Below the pieces are notes generated by a model. It had not been told where the DNA came from, searched no databases, and saw only the letters and a program-made list of their open reading frames with translations. The translations under genes were made by a program, and so were the position numbers. Shown in pieces: positions 10,309 through 20,243 of a stretch of DNA of 64,000 nt (its first letter is position 1; the number at the start of each line of letters is the position of its first letter). The stretch spans positions 3,328,001 through 3,392,000 of the forward strand of contig OY760937.1 in NCBI GenBank assembly GCA_963664225.1. Direction: 5' to 3'. The DNA is from Verrucomicrobiia bacterium. Lineage in GTDB: Bacteria; Verrucomicrobiota; Verrucomicrobiia; Limisphaerales; UBA1319.

Positions 10309-10965
10309 TCACGCCATTTCGAGGACGGCCTGGACGAGTTTGTTGATGCCGGCCTCGGCTTCGGTGATGCGTTTGGCGAGCATGTAGGCGGGGGTGGAAA
10401 CGATCTTCTGGCGTTTATCGATGACCACGTTGTGGACGGTGCAGGCGACGTGTCGTGCGCCGGAGGATTGGAGTGTGGCGGCGGTGTCGGCGTCGCTGCC
10501 GATGGTGAATTCCACTTTTTCGGGGCCAAAGAGTTTCGCGCCAATGGCGGGTGCGATGCAGACAAAGCCGATGGGTTTTCCCTGCTTGTGCACTTCCTGA
10601 AGCAGGCGTGAGACTTCCTGGTTCACGCCGAATTTCTCGCCTTGCAGGGCGTAGGTGCAGAGATTGCTCACTGCGCCGAAACCGCCGGGCAGGATTACCG
10701 CGTCGATGTCTGATGCTTTGAGCTGGCTTAGAGGCGTGATATTGCCACGGGCGATGCGCGCGGACTCGGTGAGCACGTTGCGCATTTCGGTGGTTACGGG
10801 CTGGTGGTTGAGGTGGTTGGTGACGTGGTGCTGTGGAATGTCCGGCGCGGCGCAAACGACCTGGGCATTGGCCCGGTCCAGCGCCAGAAGAATAAGAACG
10901 GATTCGTGAATTTCGGAACCGTCATAAACACCGCATCCCGAAAAGATAACCGCCACTTTTTTCAT
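10309..10965 (-). CDS. elbB: Glyoxalase ElbB / ES1 family (DJ-1/PfpI superfamily)
   Basis: SGCGVYDGSEIHE, ESARIARG, PGGFGA, CIAP, STPAYM. Confidence 0.92.
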   Translation of the reverse strand: MKKVAVIFSGCGVYDGSEIHESVLILLALDRANAQVVCAAPDIPQHHVTNHLNHQPVTTEMRNVLTESARIARGNITPLSQLKASDIDAVILPGGFGAVSNLCTYALQGEKFGVNQEVSRLLQEVHKQGKPIGFVCIAPAIGAKLFGPEKVEFTIGSDADTAATLQSSGARHVACTVHNVVIDKRQKIVSTPAYMLAKRITEAEAGINKLVQAVLEMA

Positions 10966-10971
10966 GGTCGT

Positions 10972-11000
10972 ATTATACATTATACGGGGCATGCATGCAA
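10972..11000 (-). promoter_or_regulatory. sigma70 promoter of elbB (probably leaderless)
   Basis: TTGCAT-N17-TATAAT on the minus strand, 6 nt before the ATG. Confidence 0.7.
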
Positions 11001-11233
11001 GCTTAAGCCGGTCATTCTTTGCGATTCCGAATTGCTCCAAAAGGTAATGGAAACCATGCTTTGCTTCAGAAGGGTGCTGTCCAAGTCATGCATCCGTCTT
11101 TTGATCTGGCATTGCCCTGAAACATTTCGTCGTGAAATTACATTTTCCTGTCCAAATCACCTTTCCCGCTGGAAGTAATTTGGGAAAAATGCTGCACTCA
11201 GACCGTTGACCCATTGGAACTCGAAACAGTTTT

Positions 11234-12316
11234 ATGAAGAGATTAATGATATTATCTGCGGTGTTGTTGTCCGCACTCATCGGCTCGTCACAGGCGGCGG
11301 AGAAAACTTTTATCGATTATTTTCTGCCGATGCCCATCCAGAGCACTTTGGTGTCTAACGTGTGGGGCGCTCCGGGAGTTTTCCCGCGCGATCCGCAGAA
11401 CGGCCTGGAGGATGTGACCATGAAACAGTGGTGTTACTGGGACGGCCAGATTATCAAGGGGCCGGAAGGCAAATATCACATGTTTGCCAGCCGCTGGGAT
11501 CAGGCAAAAGGGCACAACGGCTGGTGGAGTTCGCTGGCGGTGCATGCGGTCAGTGATAAAGTCACCGGGCCGTATGGGGACAAGGGCCTTTGCTGGCCAG
11601 ATAATCAGGGTGGAAAAGGGCACAACGTGACGGCGCTGGTTCTGCCGGACGGACGCTATGCCGTCGTGGTCAGCGAGACCCGGCCGGGCGATGTCTTTGT
11701 ATCCAAGTCCCTGGATGGCCCCTGGGATTTACTTGGAACGATCAAGGTGGCCACCAATGATTTCAGCGGCGAGGGACGCATGTCCAACGTGAGCATCATG
11801 GTTCGTCCCGATGGCGATTTCATGATCGTGCCAAGGTCCGGTGCCATTCTGATCAGCAAAGAGGGCGTCCTTGGGCCTTACACAGTCCAGGGCCCAAGTG
11901 TTTATCCGAAGGTGGCCGGCCTTCCATTGCGCGATCTGGAAGATCCGGTGGTGTGGCATAGCGGGGGATTGTATCACATCGTGGTCAACGGCTGGAGCGA
12001 CCGCAAGGCCTATCACATTACCTCCGTCGATGGCATCAATCACTGGACCTTCCGGGGACTGGCTTACGATCCGACGAAGGACTTTGTGCGTTATACCGAT
12101 GGGACCGTCAACCATTGGGAAAAGCTGGAACGCCCCGGCGTTATCCTTGAGAATGGCCATGTGATTGCCGTCACCCTAGCGGCCCTGGACGTTCCCAAAG
12201 ACGAGGAAAAGGGAAACGACGCCCACGGCAGCAAGATCATCGTGATTCCATTCGATGGCGCCGCTTTGGATCGCGATCTGCAAAACCTTTCCAAACCGGG
12301 AGAGGCTTCGAAGTAA
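11234..12316 (+). CDS. Secreted five-bladed beta-propeller glycoside hydrolase (GH43-like)
   Basis: Signal peptide; WDGQII, YHMFASRW, GHN, EDP and ERP motifs. Confidence 0.75.
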   Translation: MKRLMILSAVLLSALIGSSQAAEKTFIDYFLPMPIQSTLVSNVWGAPGVFPRDPQNGLEDVTMKQWCYWDGQIIKGPEGKYHMFASRWDQAKGHNGWWSSLAVHAVSDKVTGPYGDKGLCWPDNQGGKGHNVTALVLPDGRYAVVVSETRPGDVFVSKSLDGPWDLLGTIKVATNDFSGEGRMSNVSIMVRPDGDFMIVPRSGAILISKEGVLGPYTVQGPSVYPKVAGLPLRDLEDPVVWHSGGLYHIVVNGWSDRKAYHITSVDGINHWTFRGLAYDPTKDFVRYTDGTVNHWEKLERPGVILENGHVIAVTLAALDVPKDEEKGNDAHGSKIIVIPFDGAALDRDLQNLSKPGEASK

Positions 12317-12502
12317 GAAATCCACACATCGATCATGCCCCAACCCGTCGCGATGGACTCTGGCCGCCGCCCTGGCCGGCCAGTGCCGTTTTGCTTTGAC
12401 GGGGATCACATGACCTTGGTGATCCCCTCGTAATATTCCTTCAACAGCCCCGTGACCACAGTCGCTGTCTGCAATCCTGCATTCTGACAGACTCATGAAA
12501 GT

Positions 12503-12516
12503 TTGACGCAGGTCAA
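12503..12516 (+). promoter_or_regulatory. FNR/DNR/NnrR-type box
   Basis: TTGAC-gcag-GTCAA, centred about 41-42 nt upstream of the start site predicted from the extended -10 TGcTATATT (12535-12543). Confidence 0.7.
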
Positions 12517-12539
12517 TTCTGGCGACCGGTAACGTGCTA

Positions 12540-12563
12540 TATTGTGAACGGTTATTCACAATA
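12540..12563 (+). promoter_or_regulatory. Putative TetR operator
   Basis: Inverted repeat TATTGTGAA-cggtta-TTCACAATA overlapping the -10 element and predicted start site, just upstream of the tetR ATG. Confidence 0.7.
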
Positions 12564-12566
12564 CCA

Positions 12567-13169
12567 ATGCGCGCGGCTAAAAGAAAAACCGAAGTTCGCC
12601 AGGAACAAATTGCGCAATCTGCGCTGACGCTGATTGCCCGACATGGTTTCCATCGTCTGAGTATTGCAGCGCTGGCGAGGGAGGTGGGCGTGGTGCCCTC
12701 TGCCATTTATCGCCATTACCAGGGGAAGGAGGAGGTGCTGGATGCGGTCCTGGAATTGGTCTCCCAACGATTACTGGAAAATGTGGAAGCCGCGCGGCGG
12801 GAGACTGCGAACGCTCTGGAGCGCCTCCACGCCCTGCTGATGCGACACGTGGCTCTTGTTCAAAACGGCGTGCCCATTCCACGGGTGGTTTTCTCGGAGG
12901 AAATCTTCACCGGGCACAGAAAGCGCCGTCAGCGCGTGCATCAGATTTTCCAGCAATATCTCGGCCGTGTTGCCGGGATGATTCAGGAGGGACAACGCGC
13001 CGGGGCCATCAGAAGCGAGTTTTCGCCTGTAACCTTGTCCGTGATGTTTCTGGGCCTGGTGCAACCTTCCGCAATTCTCTGGTTGATGAGCGAAGGCGAA
13101 TTTGATTTTCCGCAACACGTTCAAAACGCCTGGCAAGTGTATTGCCGGATGATCCAGACAAAGAATTAA
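12567..13169 (+). CDS. TetR/AcrR family transcriptional regulator
   Basis: N-terminal HTH (IAALAREVGVVPSAIYRHYQGKEE). Confidence 0.9.
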   Translation: MRAAKRKTEVRQEQIAQSALTLIARHGFHRLSIAALAREVGVVPSAIYRHYQGKEEVLDAVLELVSQRLLENVEAARRETANALERLHALLMRHVALVQNGVPIPRVVFSEEIFTGHRKRRQRVHQIFQQYLGRVAGMIQEGQRAGAIRSEFSPVTLSVMFLGLVQPSAILWLMSEGEFDFPQHVQNAWQVYCRMIQTKN

Positions 13170-13218
13170 AAGGGGCGCGCGCCCATCGTTTTAAAAAACA
13201 ACCACACATTATAAAAAT

Positions 13219-13578
13219 ATGGAATCAACACCGAAATCCAAAGGAGTGCCAGTGGCACAACCCGCCAAAACCCTTGAATTGGTCAATTACCAGGAAGGCT
13301 CTGTGGTCAGCCGGGAAATCCTCAAGAAGCCCACTGGCAATGTGACTCTGTTCGCCTTCGATGAAGGCCAGGGTCTGAGCGAGCACACGGCCCCGTTTGA
13401 CGCCCTGGCGCAAGTGCTGGAAGGTGAAGCGGAAATCACCATTTCCGGCAAGCCAAACCGGGTGACAGCGGGCGAACTGATTCTCATGCCCGCCGGACAA
13501 CCCCATGCCCTAAAGGCGATCCAGCGGTTCAAAATGATCCTGACCATGATCCGCGCCAGCCAACAGCCATCTTCCTGA
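13219..13578 (+). CDS. Cupin domain protein
   Basis: LFAFDEGQGLSEHTAPFDA...MPAGQPHAL cupin motifs. Confidence 0.88.
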   Translation: MESTPKSKGVPVAQPAKTLELVNYQEGSVVSREILKKPTGNVTLFAFDEGQGLSEHTAPFDALAQVLEGEAEITISGKPNRVTAGELILMPAGQPHALKAIQRFKMILTMIRASQQPSS

Positions 13579-13585
13579 TATACTT

Positions 13586-15859
13586 ATGAATGAAACCCCT
13601 CGTTCCTATCGCAAGTTATGGCTGAGTTTGATCAGCGTCATGGTCCTCTCCTTTGCCGTGCTGGGCTATTACGGCACTGAAATATACCGACAGGCTCCAC
13701 CGGTTCCCAAGCGGGTCATCACGACGGATGGCAAAGTCCTGTTTACCGGGCAGGACATCAAGGACGGTCAGAATGTCTGGCAATCCATGGGTGGCCAGGA
13801 GGTCGGCACCATCTGGGGACATGGCGCCTATGTGGCCCCCGATTGGTCCGCAGACTGGCTGCATCGCGAAGCCGCATGGTTGCTGGACCACTGGGCCATT
13901 GAATCCGGTGGCAGGAATTACGAGCAACTCACGCTCGAACAACAGGCCGCGCTGCGGCAGCGGTTGAAGACTGAAATTCGCTCGAACACCTACAACGCAC
14001 AGACGGGTGATATCGTCGTTTCACCGGCGCGCGCCGAAGCCATTCAGGCGGTGAGCGCCCATTACACGAGTCTCTTTGGCAGTGACACGAACCTCCAGAC
14101 TCTGCGCAAGGCTTATGCGATCCCAGCCAATTCCATCAAAGATCCCGAGCGCCAGCGGTTGATGAACTCCTTCTTCTTCTGGGCCGCCTGGGCCTGTGGC
14201 ACGGAAAGGCCGGGGAGCACGATCACCTACACCCAAAACTGGCCGGCCGAAGCACTGATCGACAACCATCCAACCGGTTCAATCATCGTCTGGTCGGTGA
14301 TCAGCTTTGTCGTTCTGCTGGCCGCAGTCGGCGCGATGGTCTGGTATTTTGCAATCCAGCGACACAAGAACCCGGAGGAACCAATCATTGTGCCGCAATC
14401 GGATCCGTTGCTGGCCCTCCAGGCCACTCCGTCCATGAGAGCGACATTGAAATACTTTTGGGTGGTTGCGGCATTGCTGGTCGTTCAGGTGGCGCTTGGC
14501 GCGGTGACCGCGCACTACGGCGTGGAAGGGGATGCGTTTTACGGAATCCCGCTCAGCCAGTGGCTGCCGTACTCGGTGGCCCGCACATGGCATACGCAGC
14601 TCGGCATTTTCTGGATTGCCACCGCCTGGCTGGCCACGGGATTGTTTGTGGCGCCGGCCGTTTCCGGCTACGAACCGCGCTGGCAGAAACTCGGGGTCAA
14701 CTTCCTCTTTGTCTGCCTGCTTGTGATTGTCGTTGGTTCTCTCGCTGGCGAGTGGCTCGGAGTGCAGCAAAGACTGGGATACGGCGCCAACTTCTGGTTC
14801 GGCCATCAGGGCTACGAATACGTGGACTTGGGCCGTTTCTGGCAGATATTTTTGCTGATAGGACTGTTCCTGTGGCTTTTCCTGATGGGTGGTTCGCTGT
14901 GGCCTGCATTCAAGAATCCGGGTCCGAATCGCCACTTGCTCGCCTTGTTCCTGGTGGCTTCAGCGGCCATTGCGATGTTCTATGGAGCCGGGTTGATGTG
15001 GGGACGCCAGACCCATCTGGCGATGGCCGAATATTGGCGCTGGTGGGTGGTGCATCTCTGGGTGGAAGGCTTTTTTGAGGTTTTCGCCACAGTAGTGATC
15101 GCGTTTCTCTTTACACGCATGGGCTTGCTCAAAACCGCAAGCGCGACAACCGCGGTTATTTTCTCGACGGTGATATTCCTCTCCGGCGGAATCCTGGGTA
15201 CGTTCCACCATCTCTATTTCAGTGGAACCCCCACGGCCATTCTAGCCCTTGGTGCGACCTTCAGCGCCTTGGAAGTGGTGCCGCTGGTTTTGATAGGATT
15301 TGAAGGTTACGAAAATCTGACGCTCAGCCGGGCGCGCCCTTGGGTGGGGGCTTACAAATGGCCGATCTATTTCTTTGTGGCGGTGGCCTTCTGGAATCTG
15401 GTCGGCGCTGGCTTGTTCGGGTTCCTGATCAATCCGCCCATCGCCCTCTATTATATGCAGGGCTTGAACACCACTCCGGTCCATGGGCACGCGGCTCTGT
15501 TTGGTGTTTATGGCATGTTGGGCATTGGGTTGATGCTCTTTTGCCTGCGCGGGTTGACCCAGCAAATGGCCTGGAAATCAGGCGTGCTTTCATTCAGCTT
15601 CTGGGCGTTGAATATCGGCCTCGCACTAATGATTCTCCTGAGCCTGCTGCCGGTTGGCTTGATGCAGACCTGGGCGAGTGTGGAACACGGCATGTGGTAT
15701 GCGCGTTCGGCGGAGTTCCTGCAACACGGCGTCATGAACGATCTGCGCTGGATGCGGGTCATCGGCGATACGATCTTCGCGTTCGGAGCCATTGGCATCG
15801 GGTGGTTTGTGCTGGGACTCAAGACCGGATGGTCTCATGCAGGGCCGAGAACGGAGTAA
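13586..15859 (+). CDS. norZ: Quinol-dependent nitric oxide reductase (qNor)
   Basis: WGHGAYVAPDWSAD, WWVVHLWVEGFFE, GTFHH, HGHAALFGVYG; many TM helices. Confidence 0.95.
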   Translation: MNETPRSYRKLWLSLISVMVLSFAVLGYYGTEIYRQAPPVPKRVITTDGKVLFTGQDIKDGQNVWQSMGGQEVGTIWGHGAYVAPDWSADWLHREAAWLLDHWAIESGGRNYEQLTLEQQAALRQRLKTEIRSNTYNAQTGDIVVSPARAEAIQAVSAHYTSLFGSDTNLQTLRKAYAIPANSIKDPERQRLMNSFFFWAAWACGTERPGSTITYTQNWPAEALIDNHPTGSIIVWSVISFVVLLAAVGAMVWYFAIQRHKNPEEPIIVPQSDPLLALQATPSMRATLKYFWVVAALLVVQVALGAVTAHYGVEGDAFYGIPLSQWLPYSVARTWHTQLGIFWIATAWLATGLFVAPAVSGYEPRWQKLGVNFLFVCLLVIVVGSLAGEWLGVQQRLGYGANFWFGHQGYEYVDLGRFWQIFLLIGLFLWLFLMGGSLWPAFKNPGPNRHLLALFLVASAAIAMFYGAGLMWGRQTHLAMAEYWRWWVVHLWVEGFFEVFATVVIAFLFTRMGLLKTASATTAVIFSTVIFLSGGILGTFHHLYFSGTPTAILALGATFSALEVVPLVLIGFEGYENLTLSRARPWVGAYKWPIYFFVAVAFWNLVGAGLFGFLINPPIALYYMQGLNTTPVHGHAALFGVYGMLGIGLMLFCLRGLTQQMAWKSGVLSFSFWALNIGLALMILLSLLPVGLMQTWASVEHGMWYARSAEFLQHGVMNDLRWMRVIGDTIFAFGAIGIGWFVLGLKTGWSHAGPRTE

Positions 15860-16134
15860 AACGTTGATGTGTAGTTGACGTTTTTTGGTTGTTTCGCAGT
15901 GGGTCAGGATGGTCCCGTTGTGACCATCCCGGCCAACGGGCTTGTTTCCAGCCCCCGGTAATATTACGGAAATGCCGGGTCAATTGTTTTTCCGGCAGAA
16001 CTGCGAGTCACATTGCAAGAACCGGCCATCTGCTTTCTTTGCTGCGCCTTCAGATTCCATGGTAACGCTCCCGGCGTCCGCTGCTTATTTTGCTTTTCAA
16101 AGTTGTGGTAGCGGATTACAAAAACGCGCACCTT

Positions 16135-16254
16135 ATGATGGAATTCATTGGGAAATATGAGGAGCTTCAAAAACTCGTTGACCGGCTGAATGGCGTGGGA
16201 TTCAACCTGGACGCTGGGGCGGTGGAACGCGGGCAACGGCCTGGCGGCAAATGA
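16135..16254 (+). CDS. Putative 39-aa small protein coupled to rnhA
   Basis: [39 protein letters not shown]; stop overlaps the rnhA start (ATGA). Confidence 0.3.
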   Translation: MMEFIGKYEELQKLVDRLNGVGFNLDAGAVERGQRPGGK

Positions 16255-16781
16255 AGAAGGTGGTTCTTTATTCTGACGGAGCGTGTGAGGGAAATCCCGG
16301 GCCGGGCGGTTGGGCGGTGGTTCTGACTTACGGCCAACATCAGCGGGAAATCGCCGGTGGTGTTCCAGCGACGACCAACAATCGAATGGAACTCAAGGCT
16401 GCGGTCGAAGGACTCAAGGCACTCAACGCACGCTGTGAAGTGGAGTTCTTTACCGATTCGCAATACGTTCAAAACGGCATTTCGGAATGGATCAGGGGCT
16501 GGAAAGTCAGGGGTTGGAAGACCAAGGATAAGAAAGCGGTCAAGAATGAAGACCTGTGGAGGGAGCTTGATGCCGAATCTGCAAAGCACCTGGTGACCTG
16601 GCGATGGCTCAAGGGACATGCAGGCCACGAAATGAATGAGCGGTGCGACTTGCTCGCCAAAAAGGAAATTCTGAAAATTCGTCAGAGTTACAGCCCGGAA
16701 AAACTCAAATCGAGTCTGGGAGAATTCAGACGCATTCTTGCCGCCGCCGACTCCAATGGAAATCTTCCCGGCTTGACCTGA
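16251..16781 (+). CDS. rnhA: Ribonuclease HI
   Basis: [39 protein letters not shown]. Confidence 0.96.
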   Translation: MKKVVLYSDGACEGNPGPGGWAVVLTYGQHQREIAGGVPATTNNRMELKAAVEGLKALNARCEVEFFTDSQYVQNGISEWIRGWKVRGWKTKDKKAVKNEDLWRELDAESAKHLVTWRWLKGHAGHEMNERCDLLAKKEILKIRQSYSPEKLKSSLGEFRRILAAADSNGNLPGLT

Positions 16782-17110
16782 TCCATGCCTGCGCTGAAAT
16801 GGGTGACCACTGAGTTTGCCGCTGAATTTCCCATAGTGCTCTTCAAACGCAAACCAGGTTGCGGAATCAGTCATCGGTGCGGTTCGTGCAACGGCACGTG
16901 ACTTTCAGCCCGATGACCATCTTGCCATTGGTGCCAACAGCTCGGTTTGAAAAAATGGCTCCGTGACGGAACGGCGAAGCTTGTGCCTGTTTCGATAAAT
17001 GGGACAATCGAACACAAAGCCGCGACAGCCAAATTATGGGCGTCGGCGACCAGCGCCTTCAGGCCTTGGGCAATGGAGGATACCCAACGTGGAGAACTGG
17101 CGATAATCGA

Positions 17111-18748
17111 TCACTTGGAAGCCGCGTTCTTCCGCTTCATCATTTTCTGATACGCGGCCGTTTGCTCAGGAGTCGTAAGATAGGGTACCAAATCCTCTAA
17201 TTTGAGTGTCTTAGTACCGTTAATAATCGGCGAAGCTTCAAACGCCGCTTTCATCGCTGAAGCAAGAATACTCATCTCCTGCAAATCTCCAGCACTGGTG
17301 CCTCTGAAACCGTTTTTCCCAACAGCCTGTATCGCTTCTGAATCGGGAGATTTTAGCGTGATGAGCCAACCATTTGTCTCTCCTGAACCATCCCACTTTG
17401 GAACGTTGCTCTCAGGTACGATTTGGTAGCGTCTCAAGATTTCGTCTGCCGGGGGAGTATCGAAATAGGACGCCAGTTGTGAAAGTTCTGTGGGAAACTC
17501 TCCATGATGGTTTTCCAGAAACTTTCGCAACGCTGTCTCCGCAATCTGAAGGAAGTGGTTTTCGCCACTCGCACGCAGACGGTCAAAAGCTGCACGGTAA
17601 TCATCATCCGTATCCAGTTTGTGACTGGCAGCATTAAGCCAATCCGCATCAGTTAAAAACTTTAGTTCAGGGATTTGCGCTTCCGGGGTTTGCTCCAGTC
17701 GTTGTCTGAGCCGCCCAACCCGGTCGAGCCATGATTTATCTGCCGAACCAGCCACACCGCTCTCTTCCCTCGACCTTAATTCTGATTCCCGGCGCAATCG
17801 GGTTACTTCACCACGTAGAGCCAACAATTCCCGATCGTTTCTGCTTGCTTTCGCCAATGTGTCGGCCATTCCGACCAGACGATTTGTCGCGTCACTAAGT
17901 TCGCGCTGCAATTGCTCGATGCTTGCTTTCAACGGCGCCTGCCCTTGTTGGAGCGTTTGCGTTTCTGCGCGGGCGTTTGCTGCCTGGCGGGATTCGTAGA
18001 TTCCTGTGCCCACGGCGGCGGCGAACACGACAGTAACAATAGTTTTTTGGAGTGTGGTCATGGCAACAGTTTTGGAGGCGGCAATAACTGCCGTGGTGGT
18101 GATGGCGGTTCCCGAAAGTGCGGCGGCAGTAATGGTGGCGGCGAGTCCTGCAGGTGCGGCTTGGACGGAATTTGCGGTAATGACTCCAGCAATCAACCCT
18201 TCTGAAACGGAAACGCCTTTCTTGGAAAAGAATTTCCGCAGTTTTTCTACAGCACGATTTACCTGCATGCGTGCCGCGTCCTCAGTTGTTCCCATTGCGG
18301 CCCCGACCTGTTTTAATTCCCTGCCGTCAAAAAATCGGAGTACGACGGCATCGTGCTCCTTTTCACCCAACGAGTTTAATGCCTCATCCAATAGCGGTGC
18401 TATTTGCTTCCAGGTGTCGGAATCCGGTTCGTTCAAAAGCGATTGCATCTGTGACTTCTGTTCGCGGAATTGACGTCGGTGTTCAGTTCTTATTGTGTTG
18501 GCGGCGATATTTCGTGCGGTGCGGCAAAGCCAGCCAGAAAGAATTGTCTCCGGACCAAGTGATTTTGCTTTTCGGGCCAGGAGGATGAACACGGCTTGGG
18601 AAACTTCCTCAGCCAAATGAGAGTTTCGGACCTGGCGCAGGGCGACTGAATAAACCAGATTGATATGCTGCGATACCAGCGTGGCAAACGCCTGTTCGGA
18701 ATTGCTCTGGGCATATTCCTGCACAAGCGTCATATCGTCATTCATCAT
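17111..18748 (-). CDS. ECF sigma factor with TM helix and long C-terminal extension (paralog 1)
   Basis: sigma2 (AEEVSQAVFILL...GWL) and sigma4 (DAVVLRFF...VGAAMG) regions, Ala-rich linker, TM helix, coiled coil, C-terminal domain. Confidence 0.88.
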   Translation of the reverse strand: MMNDDMTLVQEYAQSNSEQAFATLVSQHINLVYSVALRQVRNSHLAEEVSQAVFILLARKAKSLGPETILSGWLCRTARNIAANTIRTEHRRQFREQKSQMQSLLNEPDSDTWKQIAPLLDEALNSLGEKEHDAVVLRFFDGRELKQVGAAMGTTEDAARMQVNRAVEKLRKFFSKKGVSVSEGLIAGVITANSVQAAPAGLAATITAAALSGTAITTTAVIAASKTVAMTTLQKTIVTVVFAAAVGTGIYESRQAANARAETQTLQQGQAPLKASIEQLQRELSDATNRLVGMADTLAKASRNDRELLALRGEVTRLRRESELRSREESGVAGSADKSWLDRVGRLRQRLEQTPEAQIPELKFLTDADWLNAASHKLDTDDDYRAAFDRLRASGENHFLQIAETALRKFLENHHGEFPTELSQLASYFDTPPADEILRRYQIVPESNVPKWDGSGETNGWLITLKSPDSEAIQAVGKNGFRGTSAGDLQEMSILASAMKAAFEASPIINGTKTLKLEDLVPYLTTPEQTAAYQKMMKRKNAASK

Positions 18749-18785
18749 GTCATTGGTATATGTCCGCTAACGTGAAAACCGAACA
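18749..18785 (-). promoter_or_regulatory. Conserved upstream motif shared with ECF paralog 2 (putative autoregulated promoter)
   Basis: TGTTCGGTTTTCACGTT identical upstream of both ECFs, beginning 37 nt before each ATG. Confidence 0.55.
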
Positions 18786-19044
18786 AATATTTTGGAAGGC
18801 TTTTTGGAAATGGATTTCGGAATGCCCGCCCCTGTATTCGGCTGCTTTGTCGCCACCACGTAATCCAAAAGGCCAGTTGGTTCGGCCAAAAAGAGCGAGC
18901 GTCGGCTCGTCTGCCGTCAATGGATTTGACGTTCATAGCGAACAGAATGCCCGGCATGCGCAGAAAGGGTCTGGCTGCGACCTGAACGGTAGAGGTTACG
19001 CGGATGAAACCGTTGGTGGCTCAGATGAGTGAAAAAATTGAGGA

Positions 19045-19120
19045 TGGGGTGGCCGACGGGACTCGAACCCGCAACAACAAGCTCCACAAGCTTGGACTCT
19101 ACCATTGAGCTACGACCACC
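19045..19120 (-). tRNA. tRNA-His(GUG) with encoded G-1 and CCA
   Basis: Cloverleaf; anticodon loop ttGTGga; GGTTCGAGTCC T-arm. Confidence 0.96.
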
Positions 19121-19202
19121 AATCCGGCTAGCAAATTTATCAGGAACGCCACCCGCGTCAAGCGCCGGATCCGCTATTTTTGGGCGTGAAAACCGCCCCT
19201 CT

Positions 19203-20243
19203 TTACCATTCGATGATCGCCGCGCCCCACGTCAACCCCGCGCCGAACACCACGAGTAGAACGTAGTCGCCCGTTTTGATCCGACCTGTGCGAACCGCTT
19301 CGTCCAGGGCGATGGCCACGGAAGCGGCAGAGGTGTTTCCGTATTTGTGCAGGTTGAGAAATACCTGCTCAGGTTTGGCGTCGAGACGGTCCCGAACGGC
19401 CTCGATGATGCGCAAGTTGGCCTGGTGCGGAATGATGCAGGCTATCTGGGACACCTCCAGACCGGCGCGGAAAAGAGCTTCCTTGCCCGCCAGGCACATG
19501 GCGTTGACGGCGTTCTTAAAGGCTTCCTTGCCTTCCATGCGCAAATAATGCAGCCGGGCGTCGACCGAGGCATGCGTAGCCGGGCAGCGGCTGCCCCCGC
19601 CGGGCATTTGGAGGAGTTCGGATTTTCCGCCGTCGGCTCCCAGACAGGTGGAGATAAGTCCATGCGCGCCAGGACGGTTCTGGAGGATTGCCGCGCCCGC
19701 GCCGTCGCCAAAGAGCACGCAGGTGTTGCGGTCTGTCCAATCGACGATGGAGGAAAGTTTCTCGGCCCCAATCACCAGCACGGTGTTGTAAGTGCCGGAC
19801 ATCACGAACTGGCGTCCGATCTCGAGTCCGTAAATGAAACCCGAGCAGGCGGCTTCGATGTCAAAGGTGGCCGCGCGGCTTGCGCCAATTTTTTCCTGAA
19901 CCAGGCACGAGGTCGCGGGAAACGGCATGTCGGGCGTGATGGTGGCGACGATGATCAAATCGATCTGGTCGGCCTCGATTCCGGCCATTTCGATGGCGCG
20001 CCGGGCGGCGTTGGTCGCCAGGTCGGAGGTGAATTCATCCGCGGCCGCGATGTGTCGTTCCTTGATCCCGGTGCGGGTGGTGATCCAATCGTCGCTCGTC
20101 TCAACCAGTTTTTCCAACTCGGCGTTGGTCATGAGCCGTTGAGGGACATAAGATCCCACGCCGACAATGGAGCAGGTGCGGCCTTTGAAATCGGGAGCGC
20201 TATGCGGAGTTTTGCTGCGCGAGGGTTTGGGGGTGTTTGTCAT
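19203..20243 (-). CDS. fabH: 3-oxoacyl-ACP synthase III
   Basis: AACSGF, PHQANLRI, YGNTSAAS catalytic motifs. Confidence 0.96.
   Translation of the reverse strand: MTNTPKPSRSKTPHSAPDFKGRTCSIVGVGSYVPQRLMTNAELEKLVETSDDWITTRTGIKERHIAAADEFTSDLATNAARRAIEMAGIEADQIDLIIVATITPDMPFPATSCLVQEKIGASRAATFDIEAACSGFIYGLEIGRQFVMSGTYNTVLVIGAEKLSSIVDWTDRNTCVLFGDGAGAAILQNRPGAHGLISTCLGADGGKSELLQMPGGGSRCPATHASVDARLHYLRMEGKEAFKNAVNAMCLAGKEALFRAGLEVSQIACIIPHQANLRIIEAVRDRLDAKPEQVFLNLHKYGNTSAASVAIALDEAVRTGRIKTGDYVLLVVFGAGLTWGAAIIEW

Noticed and set aside
12401..12427. GGGGATCAC/GTGATCCCC hairpin and a short start-less minus-strand frame
   Set aside because: No U-tract and no start codon, so no function can be assigned.
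18800..19044. Integrative element at the tRNA-His 3' end
   Set aside because: No integrase and no duplicated tRNA 3' end found in the window.
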